Below, in pieces: positions 1 through 8,580 of a DNA stretch of 24,000 nucleotides (the first letter of the stretch is position 1; each line of letters begins with the position of its first letter). The notes beneath the pieces were generated by a model. The model ran no database searches. It was not told the origin of the DNA and saw only the letters and a program-made list of their open reading frames with translations. This DNA is from an uncultured Leptospiraceae bacterium (lineage in GTDB: Bacteria > Spirochaetota > Leptospiria > Leptospirales > Leptonemataceae). A program made the translations under genes and the position numbers. Where the stretch lies: NCBI GenBank assembly GCA_964619535.1, contig CAZUEX010000006.1, positions 6,548-30,547 of the forward strand, given 5' to 3'.

Positions 1-1286
1 TGCTCGGTGTGTCCACAACTCCACGCATCTTCAAGGCCGATGAAATGCTTCGCGATACGGCAACAGAGATGGGATTTGGCCATACCTTCAAATCCACGCC
101 TGCTGCCGTTTACTTCGGTACCCCTGACGAAAAGCATCCCGATCCTTATTTCGGCGGTGAGGGACCCGAACGTGTGGGCTGCAATTACTGTGGCGGCTGC
201 ATGGTGGGATGCCGCAACAATTCGAAAAACACCCTCGATAAGAACTACCTGTACTTTGCAGAGCGCCTTGGCGTGGAGATCTTTCCTGAAACCAAGGTCG
301 TTGATATTATTCCGGCCGGCGAAGATGGATCAGAAGGCTATACAATCCGCACAAAATCGTCGACAGGCTCTTCTTCAGCCAGGACCTTTGAAACCCAGGG
401 CATTGTCCTTTCGGCCGGCGTCCTGGGAACCATGAAGCTTCTGTGGACAATGAAACAGAAGGGACGCCTGCCACGCATATCCGATCGGCTCGGACATATG
501 GTGCGAACCAACTCTGAATCGATCATCGGCGTAACCGCTCGTGATAAAAAAACCGACTTCAGCCATGGCATCGCCATTACGTCGAGCGTTTTCCCCGACC
601 CCGACACCCATATTGAGCCCGTGCGTTATCCAGAAGGCTCCGATGCCATGAACGGCCTGGCAGCGCCCGTAATGGTGGACGGCGGCGGGCGTATACCGCG
701 TCAGCTGCGATTCTTCTTAGCCCTGCTTATGCATCCCATCCGGGCGCTTCGCCTTACCTGGCCCGTTGGCTTTGCCAGAAGATCGATCATCCTGCTGGTC
801 ATGCAAAGCGTTGATAACTACATCAGCATCAAGAATAAACGAACCCTGTTCTGGCCTTTTACAAAGGTCCTTACAACGGATACCGGCAAGGGAGGCCGAC
901 TGCCTTCGTATATTCCGATTGCCAACCAGTTTGCACGAGCCCTGGCGCGCCGCATGAACGGCTATGCGCGTAGCTCTATCAACGAAGTACTGCTCGACAT
1001 TCCAACAACGGCACACATCCTCGGTGGGGCCTGCATCGGCGAAACACCTGAAGAAGGTGTTGTTGATCTGAAAAACAGGCTTTTCGGCTATAAAAACTTC
1101 CTTGTATGCGATGGTTCTGTAGTACCGGCAAACCTTGGCGTTAACCCAAGCCTTACCATTACAGCGTTATCCGAACGAGCCATGTCTCTGGTGCCGCCTA
1201 AAACCCAGACGAAACACTTCAAATTTGAAGAAAGCTGGGAGGTAACGTCCCTTCTGGACGGTGCAGCCAGAATCCAGACAACATAA
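1..1286 (+). CDS. GMC-family flavin oxidoreductase (cholesterol-oxidase-like), C-terminal ~425 aa; 5' end lies outside the window
   Basis: The reading frame is open to the window edge (codons in phase with nt 3); the M at nt 9 in the ORF track is an internal GTG. Motifs [21 protein letters not shown] and the C-terminal [11 protein letters not shown]...[27 protein letters not shown] are typical of cholesterol-oxidase-like GMC enzymes. Confidence 0.85.
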   Translation, partial: LGVSTTPRIFKADEMLRDTATEMGFGHTFKSTPAAVYFGTPDEKHPDPYFGGEGPERVGCNYCGGCMVGCRNNSKNTLDKNYLYFAERLGVEIFPETKVVDIIPAGEDGSEGYTIRTKSSTGSSSARTFETQGIVLSAGVLGTMKLLWTMKQKGRLPRISDRLGHMVRTNSESIIGVTARDKKTDFSHGIAITSSVFPDPDTHIEPVRYPEGSDAMNGLAAPVMVDGGGRIPRQLRFFLALLMHPIRALRLTWPVGFARRSIILLVMQSVDNYISIKNKRTLFWPFTKVLTTDTGKGGRLPSYIPIANQFARALARRMNGYARSSINEVLLDIPTTAHILGGACIGETPEEGVVDLKNRLFGYKNFLVCDGSVVPANLGVNPSLTITALSERAMSLVPPKTQTKHFKFEESWEVTSLLDGAARIQTT

Positions 1287-1297
1287 AGATTCTTACA

Positions 1298-1321
1298 GGG
1301 CCTCCTCAGCGAGGCCCTTTT
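1298..1321 (+). terminator. Rho-independent terminator after the GMC oxidoreductase gene
   Basis: GGGCCTC (1298-1304) / loop CTCAGC / GAGGCCC (1311-1317) followed by TTTT (1318-1321), starting 12 nt after the TAA stop at 1284-1286. Confidence 0.6.
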
Positions 1322-1385
1322 GCATGCGTTGACCGTACGGCAAAAAGTACCTGCCGAAGGCGGCCATCAGCCTTACCTTTTCTGC

Positions 1386-2141
1386 ATGATGCCCGTTTTG
1401 TTCGTCGGCCATGGCAGCCCAACCAATGCCCTTGGCGACAGTGACTTTTCCCGTATCTGGAAACGCCTTGGCCAGACGATCCCGCGTCCCGCTGCTATAG
1501 TGGCCATCTCTGCCCACTGGCTGCGCCGCGGCACAGCCGTTACGGCCATGTCCCGGCCTCCTACGATTCATGACTTCTACGGTTTTCCAGACGAGCTTTT
1601 CGCGCTTCAGTATCCGGCCCCGGGAAATCCAGAGCTGGCCCGTCGTCTTGCAGGCCTGACACCCTCGAGCCTTGATAATGAATGGGGGCTTGATCACGGT
1701 ACCTGGAGCGTGCTGATCCATATGTTCCCGGATGCCAGCATACCGGTTGTGCAGCTCAGCCTCGACATAGACAAAACGGCAGATGAGCATTTTCAACTTG
1801 GCCGTATGCTGCATCCCCTTCGCGAAGAAGGCATCCTCATTCTTGGCAGCGGGAATATTGTACACAATCTTGCTTTAATGGACTGGAGGCGAAAAGAAGG
1901 ATTCGCATGGGCCGAACGGGTGAACGATCAGATAAAAGCATGGATCCGGTCCGGCGATTATGCCTCTGTGCTGCAATGCGAAAAGGCTGGAGGCGACTTC
2001 AAACAGGCCATTCCCACGCCAGAACATTTCTGGCCTTTACTGTATGTCCTGGGAGCTTCAAAGCCAGACGAGCCGCTCGAATTCTTTACAGACGCCATCC
2101 CCTTTGGTGCCGTCGCGATGACCGGGCTTAAGGTGGGCTGA
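1386..2141 (+). CDS. ygiD: 4,5-DOPA dioxygenase extradiol-like protein (LigB / class III extradiol dioxygenase, YgiD family)
   Basis: N-terminus MMPVLFVGHGSPTNALGD, then ISAHW and LGSGNIVHNL, fit the YgiD family. I moved the start from 1320 to ATG 1386 because the 1320 start overlaps the upstream terminator hairpin and family members begin near MPxLFxGHGSP. Confidence 0.85.
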   Translation: MMPVLFVGHGSPTNALGDSDFSRIWKRLGQTIPRPAAIVAISAHWLRRGTAVTAMSRPPTIHDFYGFPDELFALQYPAPGNPELARRLAGLTPSSLDNEWGLDHGTWSVLIHMFPDASIPVVQLSLDIDKTADEHFQLGRMLHPLREEGILILGSGNIVHNLALMDWRRKEGFAWAERVNDQIKAWIRSGDYASVLQCEKAGGDFKQAIPTPEHFWPLLYVLGASKPDEPLEFFTDAIPFGAVAMTGLKVG

Positions 2142-2174
2142 AATGCCCTGAAGCGGTTGCAGGTTGCTTCTGCC

Positions 2175-2669
2175 TCAGCTTCGCAGGTCCATCAGCAGCC
2201 CCCGGATCTCGTCCAGGTTTCGCAGAATCTGAAAGCCGGTATTGGATTTCGACTGCAGGGCCATCATCATGCGATGGAGCCTGTCATCAATGATCTGCAA
2301 TACGTTCAGCTCCACATCATTGCCGCGCACACGTCGCTTGAGCCGGGCCACCTTCATGTTACTGTTCAGGATTTCCTGGGCAATGCCCTTTACGAGTTCG
2401 CGATAATTGCGCAGATTCTCTGGAGACGGATTCTCAATCAGCAGACGCTCTGCAGCGGGCAGCTCGGACCACATCTTATGGAGATCACGGGTCTCTTCTT
2501 CATGGACGGGCAGAACGGTATCCAGGATCTCCTGAAAGCCAGAGCCTTCGCTTTGCACGGCCGAAGTGCCGCTGTTCCCTTCCGGACGAAGCTTCCGATC
2601 CCTGCGCCACCTTACGTCTGTATCCGTTGTTGTGCGGATCTGCATACATTCCGTATCGGCAAAATTCAA
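2175..2669 (-). CDS. DUF327 (YaaR-like) family protein
   Basis: 164-aa ORF with the YaaR/DUF327-like C-terminal helical region (NLRNYRELVKGIAQEIL...VELNVLQIIDDRLHRMMMALQSK). The overlapping + strand ORF 2157-2726 has no recognisable features. Confidence 0.7.
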   Translation of the reverse strand: MNFADTECMQIRTTTDTDVRWRRDRKLRPEGNSGTSAVQSEGSGFQEILDTVLPVHEEETRDLHKMWSELPAAERLLIENPSPENLRNYRELVKGIAQEILNSNMKVARLKRRVRGNDVELNVLQIIDDRLHRMMMALQSKSNTGFQILRNLDEIRGLLMDLRS

Positions 2670-2770
2670 AACAGGTCAAGCAGTTCTCCAGGGGAGCAAA
2701 TGGATATCCAGATACATCTTTTATAGAAGATTATTGACAGCGATTTTCCCGGGGATTGTTCTGAAAACTG

Positions 2771-4936
2771 ATGCAATCCTCTTCTTATATTTTGGACAGC
2801 AGCCACGGACAGGTTTCCATTCAACGGCAGGACGATGGCTTTCCGCTGATCCAGGCTGAAAGCAGGGCCGGCGCCCTTTACGGGCTTGGGTTTATCCATG
2901 CCGTAGACCGCCAGATGCAGATGTGGATGCTGAAAACGATATGTATGGGTAGGGCATCGCAGTGGCTGGCTGCCGACCCCGAGCTCATTGCCCTTGACCG
3001 TCTGGTCCGCTGGATCGACTTCTACGGCGATGCAGGCAGGGAGTTCAAAAGGCTGAGCCCCGAAACCAGAAGGCTGCTCGAAACCTACTGCCATGGTGTG
3101 CAGGAAGGTGTACGCAGGGCGGGCATCCCATTTGAAATGAAGCTTGTGCGCCATCCCTGCCCTGCATGGGAGCCACGAGACATCATGGCGCTGGTAAAGA
3201 TGATCGGCTTTCTCGGGCTCACGCAAACACAGGGCGACTCAGAGAAGTTCATCATTCATCTGCTGCGCGAAGGCATTCCCGTTGATCTGGTCAGAGAACT
3301 GTTTCCGGCAATAAAGGACAAGGTCACACCTGACTACCTGAAGCTTCTGCAATCTCTTCGGTCTTTTACGCCTCCTGCAGGACTGAGCGGACCGGCCTCC
3401 CTGTTTTCCATTCGAGCCAGCAACAACTGGGCCATTGCTCCATCGCGAACAGAAACATCACATGCCATCCTCTGTGGCGATCCGCACCTGTCCCTGTCCT
3501 TGCCATCGGTATGGTACCCTGTAAACATTCACTACGGTAACGACTACTTCATGGGAGCCACCATGGCCGGCGCTCCCCTTCCCGTCTTCGGGCGCACCGC
3601 CAACCTCTCCTGGGCCGTCACGTATGGAACAGCCGATACCGTGGATTATTCGATCGAAGAAATCCGTCAGGGGCGCTATCGTCGCGGAAACCGGTGGCTG
3701 CCACTGAAGCCGCGCGAAGACCTGCTAAAGCCGAAGGGGCAGCAACCACAGAAACTCCGTTTTTATGAAACCGATGCAGGCTTGATCGAAGGGGAGGTAA
3801 CCGAAGACGGCCATTACCTGTGCTATGCCTGGACGGGTCGCCAGCACGTTTCTGCAGAATCCGTCGAATCCTTTATGAAGCTGTATACGGTACGGGATGT
3901 AAAGACCGCCCAGAAAACGTTTGCCTCAATGCCCTTTGCAGCCTTCCACTGGGTATGTGCAGATCGCCACGGCAATATTGGCTACCAGATGAGCGGACTC
4001 GTTCCGCGCAGGCAACGAGGAGTATCCGGCCTGCTTCCCTTTCCGATGTGGAACAAAAAGCGTCCCTGGACGGGCATGGTGCCACCGGAACAGATGCCAC
4101 AGGCCTATAACCCAGCAGAAGGCTACATCGTAACGGCCAACAATGACCTCAGCCATCTGGCAAAGGCAGACATCTTTACTCTGCCCATGCCTTCGTATCG
4201 ATCCGATCGTATTACCCGGGCCTTGAAACAAAACCGGCACTGCACGGTAGAGCAGATGCAGGCATTGCAGTATGACCTGTATTCTATACAGGCTGAGAAG
4301 TTCATGGCGGTGATAAGGCCCTTGCTTCCCGATACTCGAAAAGGAAGGATCCTTGCCGAATGGGACCTTCGCTATGATGCCAGCAGTGAAGGGGCAACGC
4401 TGTTTGAGGCAATCTATCGCGAATTGATTTACGAAGTGTTCGGAAGAGTTCTTGGCCAGGAACAGATGAAATTGATCTTCGAGCAAACAGGACTGTTTGC
4501 CATGTTACATGGCTTCTTCGATCGGATCCTTCTGAAAAAACGTTCGCGGTGGTTTGGCGAACGACATCGCGATGACCTCTACCGTGCAGCCATTGAGCGC
4601 GGCCTTGCAGTGCCAGAACGACGCTACGGACAGCATACCTTCTATATTGAAAACCTGTTTTTTGGAGGACGCCTGCCTCGCTTTTTGGGATTCGATGCCG
4701 GTCCTCTGCCATTGCCCGGTGGCAGGGCAACGATCCCACAGGCACAGGTCTTTCAATGGCTGGGCCGTCAGGCATCCTTTGCTCCAAGCATGCGTTTTAT
4801 TACCGAGATGGGATCCGACGAAGCCCTGATCAACAATCCAGGAGGCCCCTCTGACCGTCGCTTTTCAAAGCTGTATACCAGAGGACTTGCAGACTGGCTG
4901 GAAGGACGCTACCATCGGTACCGCCGGCCAGACTAA
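2771..4936 (+). CDS. Penicillin acylase family protein (Ntn hydrolase; possible N-acyl-amide / acyl-homoserine-lactone acylase)
   Basis: 721 aa. The beta-subunit nucleophile motif RA-SNNWAIAPSRTETSHAILCGDPHL places the catalytic Ser at residue 217 (AGC 3419-3421). Family-typical GLGFIHAVDRQMQM lies near the N-terminus. Confidence 0.9.
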   Translation: MQSSSYILDSSHGQVSIQRQDDGFPLIQAESRAGALYGLGFIHAVDRQMQMWMLKTICMGRASQWLAADPELIALDRLVRWIDFYGDAGREFKRLSPETRRLLETYCHGVQEGVRRAGIPFEMKLVRHPCPAWEPRDIMALVKMIGFLGLTQTQGDSEKFIIHLLREGIPVDLVRELFPAIKDKVTPDYLKLLQSLRSFTPPAGLSGPASLFSIRASNNWAIAPSRTETSHAILCGDPHLSLSLPSVWYPVNIHYGNDYFMGATMAGAPLPVFGRTANLSWAVTYGTADTVDYSIEEIRQGRYRRGNRWLPLKPREDLLKPKGQQPQKLRFYETDAGLIEGEVTEDGHYLCYAWTGRQHVSAESVESFMKLYTVRDVKTAQKTFASMPFAAFHWVCADRHGNIGYQMSGLVPRRQRGVSGLLPFPMWNKKRPWTGMVPPEQMPQAYNPAEGYIVTANNDLSHLAKADIFTLPMPSYRSDRITRALKQNRHCTVEQMQALQYDLYSIQAEKFMAVIRPLLPDTRKGRILAEWDLRYDASSEGATLFEAIYRELIYEVFGRVLGQEQMKLIFEQTGLFAMLHGFFDRILLKKRSRWFGERHRDDLYRAAIERGLAVPERRYGQHTFYIENLFFGGRLPRFLGFDAGPLPLPGGRATIPQAQVFQWLGRQASFAPSMRFITEMGSDEALINNPGGPSDRRFSKLYTRGLADWLEGRYHRYRRPD

Positions 4937-4948
4937 CCTCTTCGATCA

Positions 4949-6220
4949 TCAGTCAATCGAGCTGCCAAGTCGAATAAAGGAAAACGGTGACCGGGCCGCC
5001 TTCTTCAGATTCACGCATTCCGTTTTCCCCACTGGCCTGCGCAGCTGTTTCACGTAGATCTGAATATCAGATGGCCACTTCTCGCTATCCATGCCCCATC
5101 CGTCCGGTCCGGGATCGGTTGCATAAGCCAGTTCATTGAACGACAGAAGAAGCCTTTGATCCCTGTTCACAAAAAAATCGTCCTGCCTTGCAAACCGTCT
5201 CTCGTAAATGACGGCTCCACGGGACTTTCCGTCCTCATCAAGAACCGTCCATCGTACCACCACCTCTGGCAGCGTATGTCTCTGGCCATCGGATAACTCT
5301 TCGGTTGTAAAGCTGCCAGTCCTGATACAGCCTTCGCGGCGCAAAAGAATGCGTTCTTCGCCGAAGCGTATCTCATCGCCCTTTGAACAACCAATCAGGT
5401 ATTCCCAGCCTTCTGAGTAGTACTTTTTCTGGGATGGCAGCATCGGATCGATAATACGAATCCGGTAGACTCCGGCCTTAATCAGATGATAGAAGTCCGT
5501 CCCTCCTGCAATGTAGACGATTTCACGGCCGCGTGCTGACTCCCGGTGCAATGCCGTAAGCACATCCTTATGCCAGATTCGCCAGCCATTGCCCGAAAGC
5601 CGATACCAGATGTTCGCATAAAAGAGTCGCGCCAGCGGATAACTACCAGGATCATATAAGAACCGCCGAAACTGTTCGCCATGCTCGGCTCCAAAGGCAT
5701 ACTCAAACATACGATTTGCCAGGCCAAACAGTCGTTCTTCACTGCCCTGACCGGCCGCCGCAAGAGGAACAACAAGGACCCTGCGATAGATACCTCCCAG
5801 CCTGGAGGCCCCGGCCGCCTCTTCTGCGGTATTGATCTCTTCTGAGGTAAACCCATGTTGTCTGAGCCGGTTTACAAAGGCCGGAAGGTCATCGCTCAAT
5901 TCCGGGACAATCCCTTTCATGGCCGATGTAAAACGCTTTTTCGCATCTGAAGAAGATAAAGAAGAACGAAAGTCCGATGCCGTCAGGCCCAGAAACCCAG
6001 CCCTTTCATACATCTCGGACGGGAACTCCTCGAAGAGCATATCCATGGATTGGTCTGTAACCTCTACCCTGCCCGGCAACTGGTCGCCATACACATACTG
6101 CCAGGACTTCCATTTTCGAAAAACGTCATCGGCGGATCGACGCTGTGGAGCGGCAGAAAGCTCCGGCGCAGCAAGGGAAAGCAGCAAAGCAAGCACAAGA
6201 CCGCCAGCCGGATTACCCAT
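4949..6220 (-). CDS. Hypothetical exported protein (423 aa), no recognisable domain
   Basis: Long ORF with protein-like composition. From ATG 6220 the N-terminus MGNPAGGLVLALLLSLAAPELSAAPQ looks like a signal peptide. The track start at 6289 would overlap the upstream gene by 55 nt. Confidence 0.6.
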   Translation of the reverse strand: MGNPAGGLVLALLLSLAAPELSAAPQRRSADDVFRKWKSWQYVYGDQLPGRVEVTDQSMDMLFEEFPSEMYERAGFLGLTASDFRSSLSSSDAKKRFTSAMKGIVPELSDDLPAFVNRLRQHGFTSEEINTAEEAAGASRLGGIYRRVLVVPLAAAGQGSEERLFGLANRMFEYAFGAEHGEQFRRFLYDPGSYPLARLFYANIWYRLSGNGWRIWHKDVLTALHRESARGREIVYIAGGTDFYHLIKAGVYRIRIIDPMLPSQKKYYSEGWEYLIGCSKGDEIRFGEERILLRREGCIRTGSFTTEELSDGQRHTLPEVVVRWTVLDEDGKSRGAVIYERRFARQDDFFVNRDQRLLLSFNELAYATDPGPDGWGMDSEKWPSDIQIYVKQLRRPVGKTECVNLKKAARSPFSFIRLGSSID

Positions 6221-6234
6221 ATAAAACAGGCCTT

Positions 6235-6885
6235 TCACGTCTGGCCTTCCTCTTCGCCTGATCTGCCCACAACGTCTGCATACGACCATGAGGCCTGTTC
6301 TGCATGCTCATGGATAAGCCTCAACATGGCCTCGGCCGTAGCCCTGGCATTGGTATCCTGTACAAAATGGACCGAGGCATGGGATAGCTCCTTGCCAAGC
6401 GCCTGTGCAAAACCGCGCAGCCCTTCCGTAGACATGGCTGTAGCACATGACAGGCCCGTTAAAGGAGGACAGAGAAGGATGAAAGGCCTGGGTGCCAGAA
6501 CGGGCAGCATGGCATGTACCAGGGCAGCGGGTGCAAACAGATTACGCCGCAGATGTGTTTTCAGTTGATGATGGGAAAGCCTTTCGATAGAGGTTGCTCC
6601 TTCGAAGTCAGCAATACTGATCAAGCCATCCACAGTGGACCAGCGATCTCGAATGGAGCGTGCAATCAGCTTCAACCAGCTGGCACGCGATGGATCCATT
6701 CTAAAGTAGAGTAAACGCTCTTTCATCTCGCTCTTTGACAGCCCGATGGCCGCTTCCAGATTTCGATGCCGGGAAAGCAAAACGAGACGAGCGTCTCCTG
6801 CAAGCAGGGTCTTTACAAGCTGACGCCCTGCGGCAGTACCTGCATCAGAGATAACGAAGACGGGCATGTGGCTGACTGTAGACAT
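6235..6885 (-). CDS. SDR-fold (Rossmann) protein with degenerate cofactor and catalytic motifs
   Basis: Layout matches short-chain dehydrogenases: beta1-Gly-loop region PVFVISDAGTAAGRQLVKTLLAGDARLVLLSR, NNAG-position SIAD, and the YxxxK position reading TAMST. The start could also be ATG 6867. Confidence 0.55.
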   Translation of the reverse strand: MSTVSHMPVFVISDAGTAAGRQLVKTLLAGDARLVLLSRHRNLEAAIGLSKSEMKERLLYFRMDPSRASWLKLIARSIRDRWSTVDGLISIADFEGATSIERLSHHQLKTHLRRNLFAPAALVHAMLPVLAPRPFILLCPPLTGLSCATAMSTEGLRGFAQALGKELSHASVHFVQDTNARATAEAMLRLIHEHAEQASWSYADVVGRSGEEEGQT

Positions 6886-6967
6886 CGACCATCAAAGAAG
6901 GGCTTCCAATTGCCCCTGCAAGCCTTTTCCAGGCCTCCGATCGATCTCTGGCATGCAACATGCCAGC

Positions 6968-7000
6968 AAAAAAAAAGCGCCCCGAAGGACGCTTTTCTTT
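6968..7000 (-). terminator. Rho-independent terminator downstream of the OmpA-like gene (A-tract/T-tract on both sides, potentially bidirectional)
   Basis: The minus strand reads GCGTCCTTCGGGGCGC followed by T9. The stem is 6977-6982 / 6987-6992 with one mismatch, and the loop is 6983-6986. It lies 34 nt after the stop at 7034. Confidence 0.65.
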
Positions 7001-7033
7001 AGTTTTTCGAACTTTCAAACCGCTGTAGAGAGC

Positions 7034-7573
7034 TTACTGTTGTTTAGGAACAATTTTGAATGTAACTCGACGATTCAGTCGGTCTTTCGGGCTTACGCCG
7101 GGAAGCGGTTCGTCGTCAGCAACGCCTTTCACCACCATTTTGTCTGTGGGAATGCCAGCGTTACGAAGGGCTGCAAGCACCTGCTTAGCACGTTCCGTGG
7201 AATAGTAGATGTTACCGGGACGTCCGTCGGGCTGACGCTCACGAGGCCCAATGGAGCATGTATGCCCGGTGACCTGAAGGACATAGTCGCTATCAATCTG
7301 CGAAAGTGCGTTTTCAATGACTTCTTTATACTCCGTTGCCCATTTCTGGAAATCGGCAGCCGGAACGGCGGTTGCTTTGTAGTCCCATCCTTTGTTGTTC
7401 GGAGAATAAGATGCCCCGGCAAGCCCCTGATTAATCAGGTCAATACCAGCGTTGCGGCTTGTAGTGCTGTCGCCAGAGCCGTCCGTGGAATCAGTGGTCT
7501 GGGCGCTCTGGCATGCAGCCATACCGAGTCCAAGCATCATAACTACAACGGATAGGAATAGTTTTTTCGTCAT
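7034..7573 (-). CDS. OmpA-family peptidoglycan-binding lipoprotein
   Basis: From ATG 7573: MTKKLFLSVVVMMLGLGMAAC has a lipobox (LGMAA-C). The C-terminus VTGHTCSIGP...YYSTERAKQVLAALRNAGIP...NRRVTFKIV is an OmpA C-terminal-like domain. A GAGG lies upstream. Confidence 0.85.
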   Translation of the reverse strand: MTKKLFLSVVVMMLGLGMAACQSAQTTDSTDGSGDSTTSRNAGIDLINQGLAGASYSPNNKGWDYKATAVPAADFQKWATEYKEVIENALSQIDSDYVLQVTGHTCSIGPRERQPDGRPGNIYYSTERAKQVLAALRNAGIPTDKMVVKGVADDEPLPGVSPKDRLNRRVTFKIVPKQQ

Positions 7574-7620
7574 ATCAGTTATTACCTCGATCATAGAGTG
7601 CGAACACCATAGCGTCGCCT

Positions 7621-8475
7621 TCAGGCCGTAGCCTGCGGGCTAATATTATCCCTGGATCGCAAAAATGCAAGCGAATTTTCTCGAATTTTCCTCGCAACCT
7701 TATCTCGATCCTCACCCAGCTTCTCGGCTCGCAAACCCGTAAGAAATGACAGGGTCGATGCCACATAGGCAGGCACATTCCCCTTACCACGATAGGGAAC
7801 GGGAGCCAGATAAGGGGCATCGGTTTCTACCATGATGCATTCCAGTGGCAGCCTGACGGCTGCTTCCTGCAAAACATGGGAGTTTTTGAATGTAAGGATG
7901 CCGCTGAACGATACCTTCCAGCCCAGGTCAACAAAGGGCATGGCCTCTTCGTAGCTGTAAGTAAAACAATGAAGCACACCTGTTAACCCCGGACGCTGCC
8001 GCACCATCTTCAGGATGTCCAGCAGAGCCTGACAGCTGCCCTTCACATACTGTCGGTCATCCCTGGCATGAATCACAACAGGCAGATTCAGTTCCTCGGC
8101 CAGGTTCAGATGCTGAACCAGAGATTCCTTTTGAAGATCGGCCGACTGCGGGGAGTGAAAATAATCGAGGCCCGTTTCGCCGATTCCCACCAGATCGTCG
8201 CGCTGCCGGTTCTCTCGGAGGATCTCGAAAATGCCTGGCAAGAGGTCATGCCGCTCTCCGTTTTCAGGGTGGAGTCCTGCCGTCCAGTACAGGCGCGGTT
8301 TGTTTTGCCCGGCATTCCAGGAGGCAGCAAGAGAGGCATTGTAGCGGCTTGATTCCAGGTCCGTGGCGATCTGCACAACGGCCTCCAGCCCTGCCTGCTC
8401 TGCATCGCGAAGACATTCTTCTACGGAGGGCCCTTCACGGGCAATCAGGTCAAGATGGCAATGTGTATCGATCAC
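7621..8475 (-). CDS. tatD: TatD-family metal-dependent hydrolase / DNase
   Basis: (V)IDTHCHLDL...GLHP...IGETGLDY...VVIHARD...GVLHCFT...ETDAPYLAPVPYRGK are the TatD motifs. I placed the start at GTG 8475, giving MIDTHCHL, which is the usual family N-terminus. The rest of the 589-aa track ORF is antisense to lpxA. ATG 8580 or 8586 are less likely alternatives. Confidence 0.85.
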   Translation of the reverse strand: MIDTHCHLDLIAREGPSVEECLRDAEQAGLEAVVQIATDLESSRYNASLAASWNAGQNKPRLYWTAGLHPENGERHDLLPGIFEILRENRQRDDLVGIGETGLDYFHSPQSADLQKESLVQHLNLAEELNLPVVIHARDDRQYVKGSCQALLDILKMVRQRPGLTGVLHCFTYSYEEAMPFVDLGWKVSFSGILTFKNSHVLQEAAVRLPLECIMVETDAPYLAPVPYRGKGNVPAYVASTLSFLTGLRAEKLGEDRDKVARKIRENSLAFLRSRDNISPQATA

Positions 8476-8580
8476 CGGTCCAGATAAATAAATCCATGCT
8501 GGGTCGCATCCGAAAAAAAGGCGCCCTGTCCTTCCTTTTATCCTACTTGCCGCACAGCCCCCTGTGCAGAAATCCAGCAT

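Noticed and set aside
1293-1865. 190-aa minus-strand ORF
   Set aside because: It is antisense to the YgiD-like dioxygenase gene and begins inside the upstream terminator. It has no motifs.
2157-3226. + strand ORF 2157-2726 (189 aa) and - strand ORF 2666-3226 (186 aa)
   Set aside because: They are shadows of the DUF327 gene and of the 5' part of the penicillin-acylase-family gene respectively. Neither has recognisable motifs.
3926-4787. Minus-strand ORFs of 186 and 161 aa inside the acylase gene
   Set aside because: They are antisense to a high-confidence 721-aa CDS. They have no SD or motif support.
6948-6966. TGGCA...TTGCA resemblance to a sigma-54 -24/-12 promoter
   Set aside because: The GG-to-GC spacing is 8 nt rather than the required 12. 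The element is simply an 8-3-8 palindrome.
6866-7555. 229-aa + strand ORF
   Set aside because: It is antisense to the OmpA-family lipoprotein gene and runs through the terminator region. The sequence is Cys/Arg-rich and non-protein-like.
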